Below, piece after piece: positions 36,201-51,401 of a DNA stretch of 64,000 nucleotides. Origin of the DNA: Takakia lepidozioides. Its lineage: Eukaryota > Plantae > Bryophyta. Within the stretch, counting starts at the first letter, position 1. Each line of letters opens with the position of its first letter. The notes beneath the pieces are model-generated. The model searched no databases and was not told where the DNA came from. It saw only the letters and a program-made list of their open reading frames with translations. The stretch lies in NCBI GenBank assembly GCA_030704615.1, contig CM060731.1, forward strand, positions 93,930,001 through 93,994,000. Reading direction: 5' to 3'. The position numbers and the translations under genes are program-made.

Positions 36201-39200
36201 CACCACCTTTTTTAGCATATGATAGCATCCCCCAACATCATTCTCAGTGCAGCTTTTGAAATAAGAAGTCTCCTCAACAATAAATGTGACCACTTACAGA
36301 GTGCCATTTTCTCAGTGATCTGAGTTTGGACAACTCAAATGCCTTTACACATGTAAAGGCTTTCTACCAGGTGAGCTTCTAATACGGCCTTAAAAAATCT
36401 GGACATAATCATGAGAGTCCACTGCAAGCAGCGATAGAAAAGGTTCTGTATTGTGGAAGTCTCAGCTGCCTCACCTATTTACCTTCCCCCCAAAGAGGAA
36501 TGGTTAATCCATCAGATGTCTGACTCTCTCTGTATAAAGCTTCACTATTTCCTTATTTGTTTTGCAATTTTATCTGCAGAAGCACCACCTTTTTCAGCAT
36601 GATGATAGCAACCCCCAACATTATTGTTGGTGCAGCATTTGAAACAAAAGAAGTCCCCACAGACCAAGCAAAATACTGGCTCCCTGCACAAATTTCATGA
36701 AAGTAGTAATCCTCAGTCTTTCAGCGAGGAGCCCAATCAACGAAGACAACCTGCTCTCTACAGCTCACTTTATTTGTCTTACAGATGAGGGGGCAAAAGA
36801 GGATTGAGGCTGGAAATGCTGACTGCCTTCAAGAACATTGATTTTCAAGGGAAGCAACAAAGAAGGAGGAACTAATTAAAGCCACTGGAGGTCCACAGGA
36901 TACATCGCAGGACATGAACGAAAGAAGACTCACTGTGGCGTTTCTTTGCACTGACCACAGGGATGGTGCAGGGACTTCAGCAGTAACTCCTGATTACCCA
37001 AAACACCCACGAATCAGAACGCTGATTCAGCTGGCCATTCCCTTCACCACAGCAGCTTATACATGTATATGTATATACAGAGTGGCCAGATATTTTTTCT
37101 TTCTCTCAATCTTAAGAGTACATTCTAAGAAAACTTGAAAGAGTGACTCAAGAGCTCCCGCACGTAAGTGCAGAGTGAGATTTGCACTAGGATTCGCTCC
37201 TTATCTCTGAGCAAGCTAAAACAAAAGGTCTTCGAAAATTGAGTCCCATTTTCAAGCAATAGATTACTTTCTAAGTACTCTGGTCTAGCAAATCAATATG
37301 CTGGAGGAAATGCCTACAACTCTCTGGTCTAGATGCTTGGCTGAATGCCTGATTGGATTGCTTTAACCAATCTCATTCACAAAGAGGTCCCACTACTGAC
37401 TGAGGTCTCTCCTGCGATGGTATTGATGTCCTTCCCTCCTCTTCACCCTTGCCCCTCTCTCCAACTTGCACAGGGCATCTGTCAACACAAGGCTTGAGTA
37501 CATCTTTGCCTCCCACCAGCTAAAAATTGAGCAAGAAAGGAAATATCATTTTCCAGAGCTGTCTTCACCTGGAAAACTTCAGGCAAGTTTGTGAGAGACA
37601 TCTGACGAGGAACTGTAAAGAGCTGTGGTTTGATATTTGTAGACATCTGTTGATAGCAACAAGCCCAAATCAGTCCCAAATCAGTCCCAAGTGAGCACGT
37701 CCCATATCACCTGCAAATGCACCTCCGCAGCTATTGAGCTAAGTACTTCAGCTGCATTGACCTACGTAAGAGATACCATCGAATTCAGATCATGAATGAG
37801 ATGGAGAAATGAATTCCCTACAGCACAAAGAGCACTGAGAAACCTTTGGCGCTGATTGCACAAACACTCTGGTAGTAGATGGACTCACTTAAAAAGGGTT
37901 AGGAATGGGCTAGGTGTACAGATGCTCTAGAAAACATGTGCCAAGTCACTGTTCTTACCCCATCCACATTGCAGTCTCTATGCAGAAACTGCCAAATTGT
38001 TCCACTACCTGTACACCCACACAACACAACGTCAACGAATGTTTCACAGATTTGAAGGCTCAAGATTGCAACAGAACTCCTGTCTTTCAACTTCTCAGAG
38101 TGGACAAAATGTGTACGGGGAAATTATGTGCAAGGTCAAAAAATTATGGACCTACTATGCATATTGAGCCTTTGGTATTCCACACATGATCCTCACATAA
38201 TTGGTGCACATATATAAACGAGATTTAACCGAAATCACACAATCACCTTTTCAGCCATCAAGTTGGCTCTCTTTGTTAGATCTGCATTTAAAATTACCTA
38301 TCTTTCCCCCTGAGTTCCTTACCTTCCACATTGGTATTCAGTACATTATGCAGATCTGGAAGGCACAATGTCTGCTGCAGGGATGCAGCATTCATCACCC
38401 TCCCCCCTGTGGATCAGATGGCAAAAGGGGTCATGTTGCATGCTGTGGGAGCACCTCACATTCCAAAAGATGCACCTCAAACAAGTGAGTAGCATAAACC
38501 TACTAGTTGCATAGTATTAAGAAATTACAGGCATTCTATGCTGTGAAAGTGAAACAACTATAACTTAAGGTATGCATAAAGACTGACACCTTGGATTTTA
38601 GAATGCCCCTTCATTTCCTCCCAAGCAATAATTTGCACCTGCATGATGATGACAGCAACACCGTAACTTAAACTGTGATCACCACAAACTTACAAATCAA
38701 TTAAGCCAAGTCTTGCATTCTACACATGCCAAGAAAACACTTTATCCTCGCTAGTCCCTTATCCTTTTTATCTAGAGACTCTTGGCTTGGCTTTCCCTGC
38801 CCACTCAATGTGTGTTACAACTGGATACTCTCATCCACATGATCGAAATCTCTTTGGCATTACAAACTGTGTATATTGCTGGTGTTCAGAAATATCTGCT
38901 ATCAAGTTGCGTTGTTGGGCTTGCTGTTACATAGAAGCTGCTTTCTTTTCCTCTCTATCATGGCTGGCCCTGACTAAGGTCCCCACCCAGATGGCCTTTC
39001 TAGGTCTGGCAATTATCCTTTACAAAAGAGGCTGCCAACATCCTCTCAGAAAAGGTGAAAGATGAAAAAGAAGGCACACAAAGCAGTACCAACAACTCTG
39101 CTCTTCGCAGAAAGGGAAGGCATGCATTTGCAATCACAGATGCTCGGTCTTTCTCCGTATTCACGAAACTCTCCACATCATTTCTTTCTAGCTCCTCAAA

Positions 39201-42200
39201 TGCTCTTGATGTCTGGCTGACTGCAACCGTGTAAGCAAACTTCACCATAGCCAAAATGTGCTGCAGTCTAGGCAAGCCTTGATATGTCTGAATCAGCAAA
39301 CAGAGTGGCAATTTGTGACAAACTCAGCTAGGAGCAAAGTAATGTGGCCAAAGTTATAGTTCAAGCTGTCGCATACTGGAAGCACTGGACAAAACTAGAG
39401 ACAGGTCTGCACTCAACTGAGTCACATAGAGACCACCATGAAATTGATATTTCAAATATAATGAGTACGTCTGAAAGCACGCCAAACCCCAAGTGCATGA
39501 ATAAGGAACCACTCACAATTAATAGCACAATAAGAAACCCAAATGGGTCAGCTGCAAGCAAACCACCCTTGAGAATATCAAAAGCCCAGTAATCCCTGAA
39601 CTCCTCCAAAACATCCGATTCGCTGGGTTGTTGGGAGTCCTTATGAACCACATGTGCACTCTGTAAGGCAGGGACCCCTGGCAGCGAACTACCCTGTAAT
39701 TTGCCTGCAGTACTATGTAAGTTCGTCCCATCACAGCTACCCAGGCTCCCTGCTTTGTGCATATGTGCCACTGGAGGCATGGAGGAGGCCCAGGATCTCG
39801 AGCTTTGAAAAACAAAACCCCCTCCCAATGCAGAGGGTGAGGCAGGTAATGTAACGTCACTATGTATCTCCCTTTCCACAATCATTGGGGCGTCTCTATC
39901 ATCTTTGTTTTCCTCAAAATCGTCCTCACTGTTTTCCCCTGTGAGCAGCTGTGAGCCAAAAATCTCTTGCATTGTGACTAGTAGGTCACCACTCGCATCA
40001 GGAAGAATGTCACCCTGCCCACATTTCCCTTGTGGGACATCAACAGGGCTGGTGGGTTCATTCATTAGCAACTCAGAGATTTGATCTCCCCCCATTCTCA
40101 AGCTTTGCAGTAGCCTTTCCATGTTTTGGCTCTTTCCACGTGCTGCAATCACAAATCAAGCAACAGGTAGCTTTGTGACTTGGAAGTTTGAGCACTAATG
40201 CTTAAATACTTCCAGTATATTTCCAGATCAGCCCCGTTTCCAACGTTATTTCCGTTTGGAATCGGCGTAACCGAAATGAAAACCATCCAATTAAAGTAAC
40301 TTTGGAGGCCCACGTTGAATATTTGATAAGTCTGACTGATATCCATCACGACTTTTCGAAACACCACTTATTTCCATTCTTCGTGTTCAATCTGATGCAA
40401 CGTAGACAAATATATACATGCTGGAGAGTGACCAAAGTTGCATGCCTGGACCATGGCATTCCAATGCCTGATTACTAGACAGTTTGGTCAGGTGTTGTAA
40501 ATTGTACGTATCAATGTGAGAGCCAAGTAAACTCTTAATTGACATTTCAGAGCAACCAAAAATAACATGAGATAGCCACCGAGGTAAAGTTCTACATTCA
40601 ATGATTAAACAAATGAAGCAAGACCACACATCAAAAGCAGTCACCCACACTGAGGAGATACGATAAAAATAGGAACTCAACTAGAAAGAATATTGTCTCA
40701 CAACTTAGAGAATGAAAAGACTATGAGACAGAATTAACTATATCCTGTTACCAGGGAGCAGCTGTTACAACCACCAACTGACTTCATCAGTTCCCAACAG
40801 AGGGTGCAGACGGGAAGACTCAGCCAATATTTAGATGTACCATGGAAATCGTAGAAAACTCAGAAAGAGAGAGGATACTGCTAGGTCATTTGACGATCCA
40901 TACAGACTCAGGAACTTTAATGGCATCATTTGTTCTAGAAAAGGCCCCATCATACTTTCCAGTCTTTTTTAATCTTCCTCAGGCACCAAGTGAGAGACCT
41001 TACCCGCACCAGGCATCATGTTATAAAGCATTGCCAGTTTCCCCAGCTCCCTGAGAGCTATCCAATGAGCTTGATCCCCTCTCCAAATAAGTTCAGAACT
41101 ATACTGGGTTGGCGTTGTTGAAGATGATGCACCTGCATCCTTCTGCAATCCTTCCTCCCTGGTCTCCACTTCACAGTGAATTATATTCTCAGAAAGAATC
41201 TCCCAAAGCACCTGAAGGTAAGCAGCCAAACTTCAAAACCAAATCACATAGTATCCTCTTACAAAGCTGGATAAAGATTTCAAAATAGCTTGAGACTGCT
41301 CTTTTATACAAACCCATGGAAACCCATGGAGAAAGCAACCAGTCCATCTATACAGCGGCAACCGAAATATATGATACCACAATAGCCATCTTTTGAGGAA
41401 TCCAAGGACACGACTTTCCAGAACATGAATGAGTGCCTTCCAAAGATGATGTCATGTAAACCTTGGTGTCTGCAGAGATAAACAAAGGATTGCAACTATT
41501 GACATTCACACCATCCAAATCTTTTCCTGGGTAAGCTATTATGGCAATACAGATGTCTGATCACAGCTATATACTCTCGTAACTATAGGTTGAGAGCTTC
41601 TTAAACTGGTGAAACTTCCAGACAACACATCTCACCTGGCAGGTTGCAAAGCCATCCAATTCTGGTTCTTGACAAAATTTTCTTCTCACCCTTAGATTCT
41701 GCCCCATACAAGTCCTGAACTTGGTAAAAATCAAGCAAGGCTCATGCGTTGACCACAAAAGGGAAACATTCAAGAGCAGAAGTAGACTTCTGCAGATAAC
41801 TTGAAAAGCTCACTTGTGCGTCTCCATTCATGACTGTATATTCCTTGGAACATCTCACACCCACACTTTTAAATAGATTGCAAAATTTGAGAGGAAACAT
41901 GTCCAAGTCCAAAAACAATACACAAATCCTGCCCTGGTCTTCAGTTGTCCCTCACTCTTCTATATCTCAGTGATGTTTTTGTCCGCATCTTTGTTTGGTG
42001 TCCTTGCAGCTTTCATTGCTTGCAAATTCTCAGCTCTCTTTCTACTTATCATAGCTTACACCACATTTTGCTGAGAGACATCCCAATGTTTCCAGATTGC
42101 AGGGATTTCAGCAGTAATGACTCACAACCCCGTGGAACCTCAGCACACCGGGGAGTGACTGGGTATATGGAGACTGACAATTGCAACTGAATGTCAGACC

Positions 42201-45200
42201 AATAAAGCTAGTCAGTAAAAAAGGAAGTGTATTTGCCTGGAGGACAAAAGACTCAATTGCTGATGAATTCTTCCTCAAGATTTGCTTATTTGCCTTCTCT
42301 GCTTGGTCCTGCATTCTTCTCGATACAACAGAGGCACCTACATAGGGTAGTAACACATTTGCCAGGCGGCGGCAGATTGGGCACAGAAAGTCCAATTTTT
42401 CAAGGACAATGATGCCTTTTCCTGACAACTCAGAACCAGCCACCCATGCCAAAATCCCCAATATCATATTCACAAGTGCTCTATGTGACTCTGACCGAGT
42501 TACCATGTACATATTCTGAGATGATCCTCCCCAAGCTTTTTGATACTTCGTTCATCCATGCAAGCCCCATTTCATGTTTAGATTAGCTGGCCAATGTCAA
42601 AAACAGCCTAAAATTTGCCAGGGAAGGCTCTAAATTAAGTAGCAGTGCGACCAAACTACTAGAGAGAGAATTTTCACCTGAGTACTATATACACCCAGTC
42701 TGCACTCTACTGTCAGACCTCAATCTATTGCACCCACATGGAATCTGCAATATCAGTACTGTGCTGACAAGCTAATGGTTGGAGTACATCCTACTTACAC
42801 TGCCAGGTAGAAAGATACCTTCATAAGCAGAGCTGTCATTATGTCGTTTAACAAGATTAAGAGCATAGCGTTCGAAACATGCCTGATGCATCTGCAATCA
42901 TATCCAGGGCCGCAGAAATGAACATTAGGTCACGGGTGCCGAAGGTGAATTTTACAACCATCCATAATCAAAAATCAAGTAACATACAGTACACTTGCCC
43001 CTCCATTGCATCCACCCCACTCAACTCAAGCCGAAAGCCATGGCACAATCCTTCCCCTTCTCCAAAAAGGTGAGATTTCAACTGACTTAATTGAACCTTT
43101 GTTTGTCACAAAGAAAACATACTCACAATGCCTTCTACCACATCAAGATGGGCACACATTATTACCTGGTGACCACAACACTGGACATGCTCAGCTGGAT
43201 AACAATCAAGGCAACCAGATGTGAAGCTTCCTTGGGAATCAGAAGCAATCATCAAGGTGACTAATTGCCTGTTGCCAGACACACCCTCCTTGCTGCTGTG
43301 ATCAGCAATGGCAAGGGACTCAGCCTCCTCCTTGCTCACTCCCCGTCTTTTATCGATAACGAGGCTTGGCAAGTTATAACGCTGTACAAAGGCAATCCAG
43401 CCACTTGGAGAATCATTTGGATCACACTGTTTGAGAAGAAGAACACACAGTTAGAGGCGTAGCATTAGCCATGATGCACAAATGGATAAGGGAAAAAAAT
43501 GCGTGCACAGTCCACCAATAGTTCAAGAAAAAGAAGAAAGAGAAAGGAGAAGAAAACCCTAAAGCACAAAACAAAAGCATCAGAACTGAATCACTCCACC
43601 AACACGAAGGACCTCATGCGGGTATGCTACCAAATATTTCCAGTCCTGAAAACCAAATGTCCCTGAGCAGGAAAGGAAGGCGAAAGAAAGACGCTTATAT
43701 AAAATCCTACGGGAAACCAAAGGCCCATGGACCAAAGAAAGAAAACCCAAGAAGTAACTTCACTAAGCAAGAAACTATTTTCTACACTTTAGAGAGGGAC
43801 CAAAAAATCCATTTCCATGCACAGGTTATCAAGCTGGGAGTTATGGAGCATTGCCTTCTTTCCTGCTCAAAATCCAAAACCTACGATTTGAAGGTGAACC
43901 CAACTTTCCAACTGCAGGACATACATGAGCACATCCCTCGAGGTATATAGGCATTGGGTTCCCAGGAGTGAAGCAGGGGAGGCATCAAACTCAGGAACAA
44001 ACCTTGATACAACAGGAAGCAGCATGACTGGGAAATTAGTTCAGGACAGTGTAAGGGTGTCCCCTCTTCGGCTCACAAAGAAAGATTGCACAAGTCCAGG
44101 ACCTATGATAAGCAACATTTGTTGCAAATGACCCCAAAAGAGCACGGTGTATCTTTCAGCAAGCTCCCCTTGCTCGCTAGTTTGAAAAATTGTGAGGGCT
44201 TTAAAGATTCTTCAATCTGTCCATTGTAACTTTGCAAGCTTTTAGATGGTGTCTGCTTCTTCTCCCCTTTTGCTATGGTTACCATTACAAGGACGACGGT
44301 TTGCTCAATAACTCTACTCTGATGTGACCACACTTGGTGTGTTTCTCTGAATGCTGGCCCGGCTAGGTAGGATATCTCCTTGCTTGCCAAGTTTGTGATA
44401 TATATAGGGTTTGGGCAGGTGGTGCCTTCTTGGCTTGCCCAAAAGAGAGTTGGGGTTTTTGGGAGGATAATCCTGAGCGTCCATCCATTCACCATGTCCA
44501 TACGGCTGAAGTTGCCACAAATAATGGCTGGGGCTCACAATTGAGCAAACCTGCCTAGATTCTGTGCAGAAGAGAAGGCAGGCCCCAGAGTCTTAGTAAT
44601 GCAAGCTCTACAGTGGGGCATTCACTGTTTGGGGAAAACTGGAAAATGAGATGCAGCCTGGTGGGGCCTATCACGAGCAGTTTGAAATGATGTATGTTGC
44701 CAGAGAAACTGAACTGAACTTTCAGCAAGGAGTCCTGAGAGTCAAGATGGATAAATCCAAAGTCTTGCTAGGGTTAAAAGAATATAGCAAGGAAAAACAT
44801 TTTAGGAAGAAAGTGATAAGGATTTCAGAATGAAAGGCAGAAAAACGTCAAACCGAAGAAGGTGATAAGAACAGAATACCTCACTCCTACAAAGAGCACA
44901 TTCATTGTTCTGGTTCACTAATGTTCTCTTCATACTCTTCATACGCTTCGTTGTTGTCACTGACCCGTCACTGGACATAACAGATAGTTCTGACGAGTTT
45001 GTTGAATCAGCAACTGCATCACTGGATTCCAAGATGCTCTCCTCAAAGGCAGCCCCTTCTGAATGAGAGTCATCCAGTGGACTAGCATCATCGTCACTGC
45101 CATGCTGCTCCTCCAGGAAGGCCTTCTGCCTATTTCCACACACAAACATGGCAATGATCATGGTGCATCCTGAAATACGACTGACGTGTGATCCACCTCT

Positions 45201-48200
45201 GGTGTCATAGACACCCAACAGCAAAGATAGATTGGTCAATGTCACTTAAGTCCATTGGGTGAAAGGAAATTTGCTGCTGCCTATCGGAAAAAGGCACTAA
45301 CAACAAAAGCCCCATGCACTCGATTATATTCCAGCGTAATGTAACCTGGGAACAACACCTGGCTGCAAACTGTAGAAGAATTGCTTGCTGCCGTTGCTTA
45401 ATCAGTTTGCGCTGCTCATCCTCCTTCGTAAAAGACTGGACCTGGGGATTTTGGAAGTGCCAGGAAGATCAGGACAACATATAGAACTCCAAGGCAATCC
45501 ACACAAAATATGTCAGACAAGTACAGTCCTACAACACATGACTTAACTTTCCAAGACAGGCAGGCACTTGCACAAGTCCATCCAGTCAGAAGTATGTGCA
45601 ACAGACAATCATTTTAAAATGCAGGCAGCACATATAACATTGAGCATACTATGATCCAAAGATAAAGATTGTGCATGGATCCACTATGTGCTGATCAAAA
45701 CGGAGCTAAAGTGCACAAGGATCCAAGCCCTCAACCTCAGATTTTGAAGAGATCAGTAGCTGTGGGATGTTCATGTCAGTTCCACAAGAAGAGGCCTTGG
45801 AGCATGAGGAGAGAAGCTGGAGCACATGATCTATGGAGTCAACCAAACCTGCCACATCCAATCACGTCTCACACAGGTTGAAACGACGATTTGAGCACTT
45901 GCAATGCAAATGGACAATAAATAATGATCCATCCCTGATACATGGATTCTACATGATCACTAGGGTTGAAAAATGAGGGCTACCAAGTGGAACCCCATAT
46001 ACACATCTGTAAAGATCAGGACACCGAATATAGGTCCAGAGGAATCCACACAAATTGTGTTTGGAAGTGAGCATTGAAAAGTGTAGGCAGCACCTATGGC
46101 ATTGAGCATACTACGATCCAACGTAAAGCTCATCCTCGCATACCAACTCCCTAATGATTAGCTATGGATGATCAAAACACAGCTAAAGAGCACAAGGATC
46201 CAAGGCCACCACCTTAAATTCTTGACGAGAAATCATTCTACAATACAGAGGTAAAATTATCATTTCATCATAGAGAAGAAGGCTTACGCTGGGCATCCTT
46301 CACTTGTTGCAGCTCCAAGAGCATCTGATGAATGCTTGGGGAAGATGAATCGTGTCTAGACCAGTCTACCTGACCTGTCTCTCGATGAATATAAGGCTTC
46401 ACATACACATTAAGAGAAATGTCATTGGATGGCAACAATGTTGAAGAAGGGGGCTCCCAGCCTTCACTTGTTGGTGATTGTTTGCGTTTCAGGTGCACAT
46501 TCCTATGATCACCAGCATTTCCCCAGCCATGTCCACGTATGTTACAAGCCCGCACTGATCTATCAAGCATCAGACTGTTGGTTGAAAGGTATTTCATGAC
46601 AGATGGTGGTGATCCACCAAGTTCCTCAGTGCGTAGTAGTTGATCATTTCCCTGACTGTACCCTCCTTGTCTCCCAACATTCGCAAACTTATTCCCTCCA
46701 TTTCCCGTTGTATGCTTACACTCCACTAAGGTCCTATGGGAATGTAAGTACCATGGCACTGTGTCAAACTAACCAGGCATTCAGGCTTACATTACTTGCA
46801 GTGGTGCTTGAAACAGAACTTGAAACTGAGTCATAAAATAAACCAGAAACTTACTGAACATTGAGAAGAGCTGTGGCCATCATCTGCAGAGCTGTCACTC
46901 CAAGAGCCTCGCCAGCTGTTGCTGTTAACTTGTCTGTGACCAGCATGCTCACGTGCCTCAACACATTCCACAAAAGGTGATGGCATGCCTGTTCTCCAAC
47001 ATCCCCAGCGACTTGCATGGATCAGTCCACATCATTGATGTAAGATATTTGTCAGAATATGGTTTTCTGGATTTGGTTTGAGAAGGGAATGATGAAAGAA
47101 AAAACGCCTGAGTCTAGAAAATTTTAAGTTCTCTGAAAGTTTGTCTCACAGACCATTGCAAATGTATGCCTTAGGGTCACACAAACAAACCTGTGTATGA
47201 AGGAGATTAATTAAGCGGTGAAATGGAGGTCGAGCTATACGATTGGCTTTAATCCTCCAGTAGTGCTCCAGCTTTCCAACACTCACTGCCCGTTCCTGTC
47301 CACATGGAAAAGTCCATTGAGCACAGAGTGATGAAGACCATCATCTAAGTACTGACTTCGTGTCCTTTCTATAACTAAAGAGTGCAATTAGTCCTGCAAA
47401 AGCTAGGTCATCGACGCTTTTGGAAGGAGACAAGGCTCTTAACACTAAAGCCCCAACACCACATTCAGGCTCAAAAGGCCACTAGACTACTGGTGTTAAA
47501 AGTCATAGGCAAAAAGCCACAGAAAAGCATTCCTGTTGCACCCACTCCTCACAGGTAGAGCACTCACCGTATCCAATTCCTTAAAGGAGAGCTAGCAAGA
47601 GAAGATCTTATTACTTTACATTTCAAAATTAAGACTCTTATGTTTGAGGATGCTGCAAAAGGCCTCAATCACTAGAAATACTTCTCCCGTGGCATTGTTG
47701 CATCAACTCAAATATTCAATAATGAATAAAGGGAGCTTTGCATAGTCCACACAAAGTGCCCAGAAGAGGTTATAGACGGTATCACATAACCGAAAAAATA
47801 ACTAAACCTAATCATTGGACGAAAATGGAGGAGCCTTGTAAAGGTAATGGCCAAGCATTTCCAGTCTGTGAAACGAAAGAGGCAAAAAAATTCTGCTAAT
47901 GGTAAATAGAAGAAGAAGAAGACGAAGAGTTTTTGCAGGCAGACGAGGCTTAGATCAGACTTCAACGCAAAGCAAAATAAGACTAAAATCCCAGCTGGAC
48001 TCTCCAGCATTCAATTTCCCAGAAATACACTGGTTCACCATTCCCTCCAGGTTTCAGGGCCTACTAGCCTGCACAATAACCCCTCCAGACCAGGCTCTGG
48101 GGTTTCATCCTACTTGAGGTCTTTCAGACAGATTCCAAGAAAGCCCCTTTCTTTGCAGGAGAACGAATGCCAATAATTCAGGCATACCTGAGCATCCTGT

Positions 48201-51180
48201 ACCTCATTCAAATAGAAATGGGCAAACAAGGGATCAAATTCCTCCCAACATTCAGGCTTTAACTCGTAGAATCCTATCTCCTGAACCTGCCACCAACAGA
48301 TGCGTCAGAGAGCTGTCCTGGACAATATCTAATAAACTTGGAGGCAAAACTTGAAGACTCCCAGGCGCTCTAGGTGTGTAAAAGGCCCAAAAGAAATTGA
48401 GACTACTGGAATATTTTATCTAACTCCTTTTTTATTGACACAAACCAGAGTACTGTCTATTCCCCACAATGAGGAAATCTAAAACTCCAAGATCCAGGAG
48501 AAACAATCCATGTATCGAAGTTTTGGTTTATGACATGCCCTCAAGTCCACGACAAAAGGACGTGAACTCACTGAAGAACCAAGTTTGTATAGTTATTGAA
48601 AAACTCTCACACATTGGCCTGAAAGCAGAAGCAAGAAAGAGAAGGGAAGGTGGGAATGAGACATGGAGCAGCTAAAAACCATACCTTGGGCTCATGGTAG
48701 ATCGCCACTTTGTCCAGAATGGTGGTTAGTTTTTGGTGATCCATTGGACTTGCACTGAGTGCCCGGCAGAGCTATCACACAAGTTAAGCAAAGATTGTGA
48801 TGTCAGAAAAACTACAAACATCTGGTTTCCACAAACACTCTGTCAAAATTGCTTTCACAAGAGAGTGTAATACATGCCTAGTCAGGTTTGTCCTACCAGG
48901 ACACTTTGTATTGTGTGCTACTCATGATAAGCTAGCAATAGACCTAAAATGAGCAAATAAATGCACAAATTTCCACATTGAGAAGAAACCTGAAAATATA
49001 GCGTACAACTGCTGGCCTTCAGTTGGCAGGAGTTGTAATTTTTACCTTTGAGTAGGTCTGGTCACGCACACACAACCATTGGATGACGTCATAGCGAAGA
49101 CATTCCTCCTGCATAATTTGAGACAAACATTTAGTCCATCATTTATAACAAGATCCAAAAAAACCAAATCTGATGACCTACTAGAACTTGTTCCCAAGCC
49201 ATCATATTAATCTGCTTCGCATAATTTTGTACTGAGATGCACCATCCTGCTTTTATTGAAAATAGGGGTCATTGTCTGCTTGCACTTTACGACCATCATT
49301 GCAAGAGCTTGACGTGAATGGGTTAAAGATAAACGAATTCACCTCAGTCATCCCAGTGTGACGTCGCTCACCAACCACCTACAAAGAACAGGTTTGAGAA
49401 ATTCCATCAGTAACCAGTCCCATGGTTTCGCACTAGAAATTGAAAAACAAGACACCATTTAAAGGCTCTTACCAAGGTGGCTCACCTTATATGGTCACTT
49501 TTCATGAATCTAAATTTTCGGGAACTTGTGAACCTTTGTGTGGCTGAAGGTTCAATTATTTCCAGTCTTGCACAAAAATGCTTGGGTGAGAGATTAAGGG
49601 TTAATTGGCACAGGGTAAAGGCAGCTGGACGATGATGAGACAATTGAAGGGGTCAATTCCAGAGCAAGCTGCCAGAGGAAGCTAGTCTTGAATCCACCTG
49701 TTGAGTATACTGCAGGTAGAGATATGAAGAGAAGAAAGGCCTACCAATAAGACGAAGCGCATAAAATCTTGTAGAAGAGAGATCTCTGAAGGTAAGTCTT
49801 TATCAACACTCAACATATACTGCACCTGTCCACAACAAATACACATTCATTCATAAGACTGCAGAATTTGGAAACACCCCTACCACACATGTTCCTTTCT
49901 CCAAGTCTTCTAAGCCCTGAACAGAAGTTCAACCTTCACATACCACCTACGACTCCTGACGAAGTTACCCATCCAGGGGCTCCAGGCCAGTGGCCCCCTA
50001 CAGATCCATTAGTCAAGGGATCCTGCCCACAAAAATTTCCAGCCACTCAAAATGATTCCGCTCAATAAAATAAAGCTCCTAGATTCTTGCCCCTTACTGC
50101 CAATACACCGGTTACCTACTTACAAATGTACCTTTCAACTGTGCAGTATGAGCATTAATTAACTATACAAGGATTTGACGGCAATATCCTTATACACTTC
50201 CAGTTCACATTATTACCTATTACCTATTATTCGCCATTTCTGCCATCTCGTACATAAGACCATAGAAATGAAATGAAATGGTGCTTTATCACATCCGTGG
50301 AAAGCTCGAGGAACAAGAAAGAGAGAAGAGGCCCTCCACAAGCACCCTAAAAGAAATGAAATGGAACTTTATATCGTCCGCAGAAAGCTCAAAGAGAAAT
50401 GAAATGAACTGGTACTTTATCACGAAAGAAAGAAAGAAACTCCATAACATCTGAGGGCCATAGAGAGAGTACATTGAAGCGCTCTGCCATCAACATAAAG
50501 ATAGCATGTTCCATATTATCCCTAGCAACAGCACAAAATTGCAGTAGAAATATGTCCATGTCCATTGACCTGCAGTTAACAGCAAATTGGCTCAAAGAAC
50601 GACATAAATGAAATGAAATGAAATGGTACTTTATAACGAATGAATGATATTAAGAAGGAAAATATGTCCACAGAAGGCCCCAAGGACATATCGGACACAT
50701 GGAAAAAAATGAGTTACTCACACAACCAAGCTTCATTGCATAGCCAGCCTGAGACTTACACTTTCTGCATCTGGCAACAAATGCACAAACTGCTGTCTGC
50801 ACCTTACCATAGCCAGCATATCCAATAACATAAAAGAAAATAGGCAAGTATCATGCTATGCCATTAACATTCACAATACTCTAGAAACACGATACACAAC
50901 ACAGACAGTAAAGTGATCTTAAATCTTAAAAATGTGAGAGCCACGATGGCTTACTAAATCAAAGGCCTTCATTACCGATAGGGAGCTAAAGTAAAATGGT
51001 TCCTTGCAACAAATAGCTACATGTCCACTCTCATCAGTATAGACTACATGCCTTGGTGGGCAGTACAGATCTGTATAAGCATGTTCAAACTTCACTCACT
51101 GGTCATTCCAAAAGCTGCCACGGTAGATGAGCTCAAGGCGTTTAAACTCTTTATAGTGCCATAGTTCTGCACGAATCTGT
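33281..51180 (-). CDS. UBR1/2/3-PRT6 family RING E3 ubiquitin ligase (N-degron pathway), 5'-partial, many exons
   Basis: GT-AG exons in family order: QIRAELW (51.1k), MDIFLLQ (50.5k), LRYDVIQWLCVRDQTYSK (49.0k), ILDKVAIYHEP, GFYELKPECWEEFDPLFAHF (48.2k), RQQAILLQF, ECALCR (44.9k), HVQCCGHQ (43.2k), FLCPICRRLANVLLP (42.4k), LAADPF, LPFLRRAELL, LTNLPEVFQ, CGQCKETP, VFCLVCG..HHAEKECAGIGIFLL..SLYLDLHGE|EDIYLRRSQLLYLS, last exon VRRLWLTASFD..SK* (33358-33281). Confidence 0.88.
35935..36660. repeat. ~360-bp tandem duplication inside the UBR gene, including a degenerate exon copy
   Basis: 35935-36290 matches 36296-36660 (AGAGTGCC..TTCTCAG, TTTCTACCAGGTGAGCTT, TTTTATCTGCAGAAGCACCACCTTTTT). Confidence 0.85.
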
Positions 51181-51401
51181 TCCCACATAACATAAAGACA
51201 CAAGATAAACAATTTAAACACCCCATTCACAGGACAGCTGGCTTTTATAGCAAAATTGGGCCCCATAAAGGCCCAAAGACCCACAAATATATCTAGAATG
51301 AGAATACATTTTCCTGAAATTGAAGAGCTTCCAGAGTTGAGAAGCTTCTTACATTTGAGCCTTGTGCCATGACACTTCTGTCTTTCAAGGCATCTTACAA
51401 A

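Noticed and set aside
43600-44800. Nested gene within a UBR intron
   Set aside because: Short discordant ORFs, probably decayed LINE ORF1 sequence; no supportable call.
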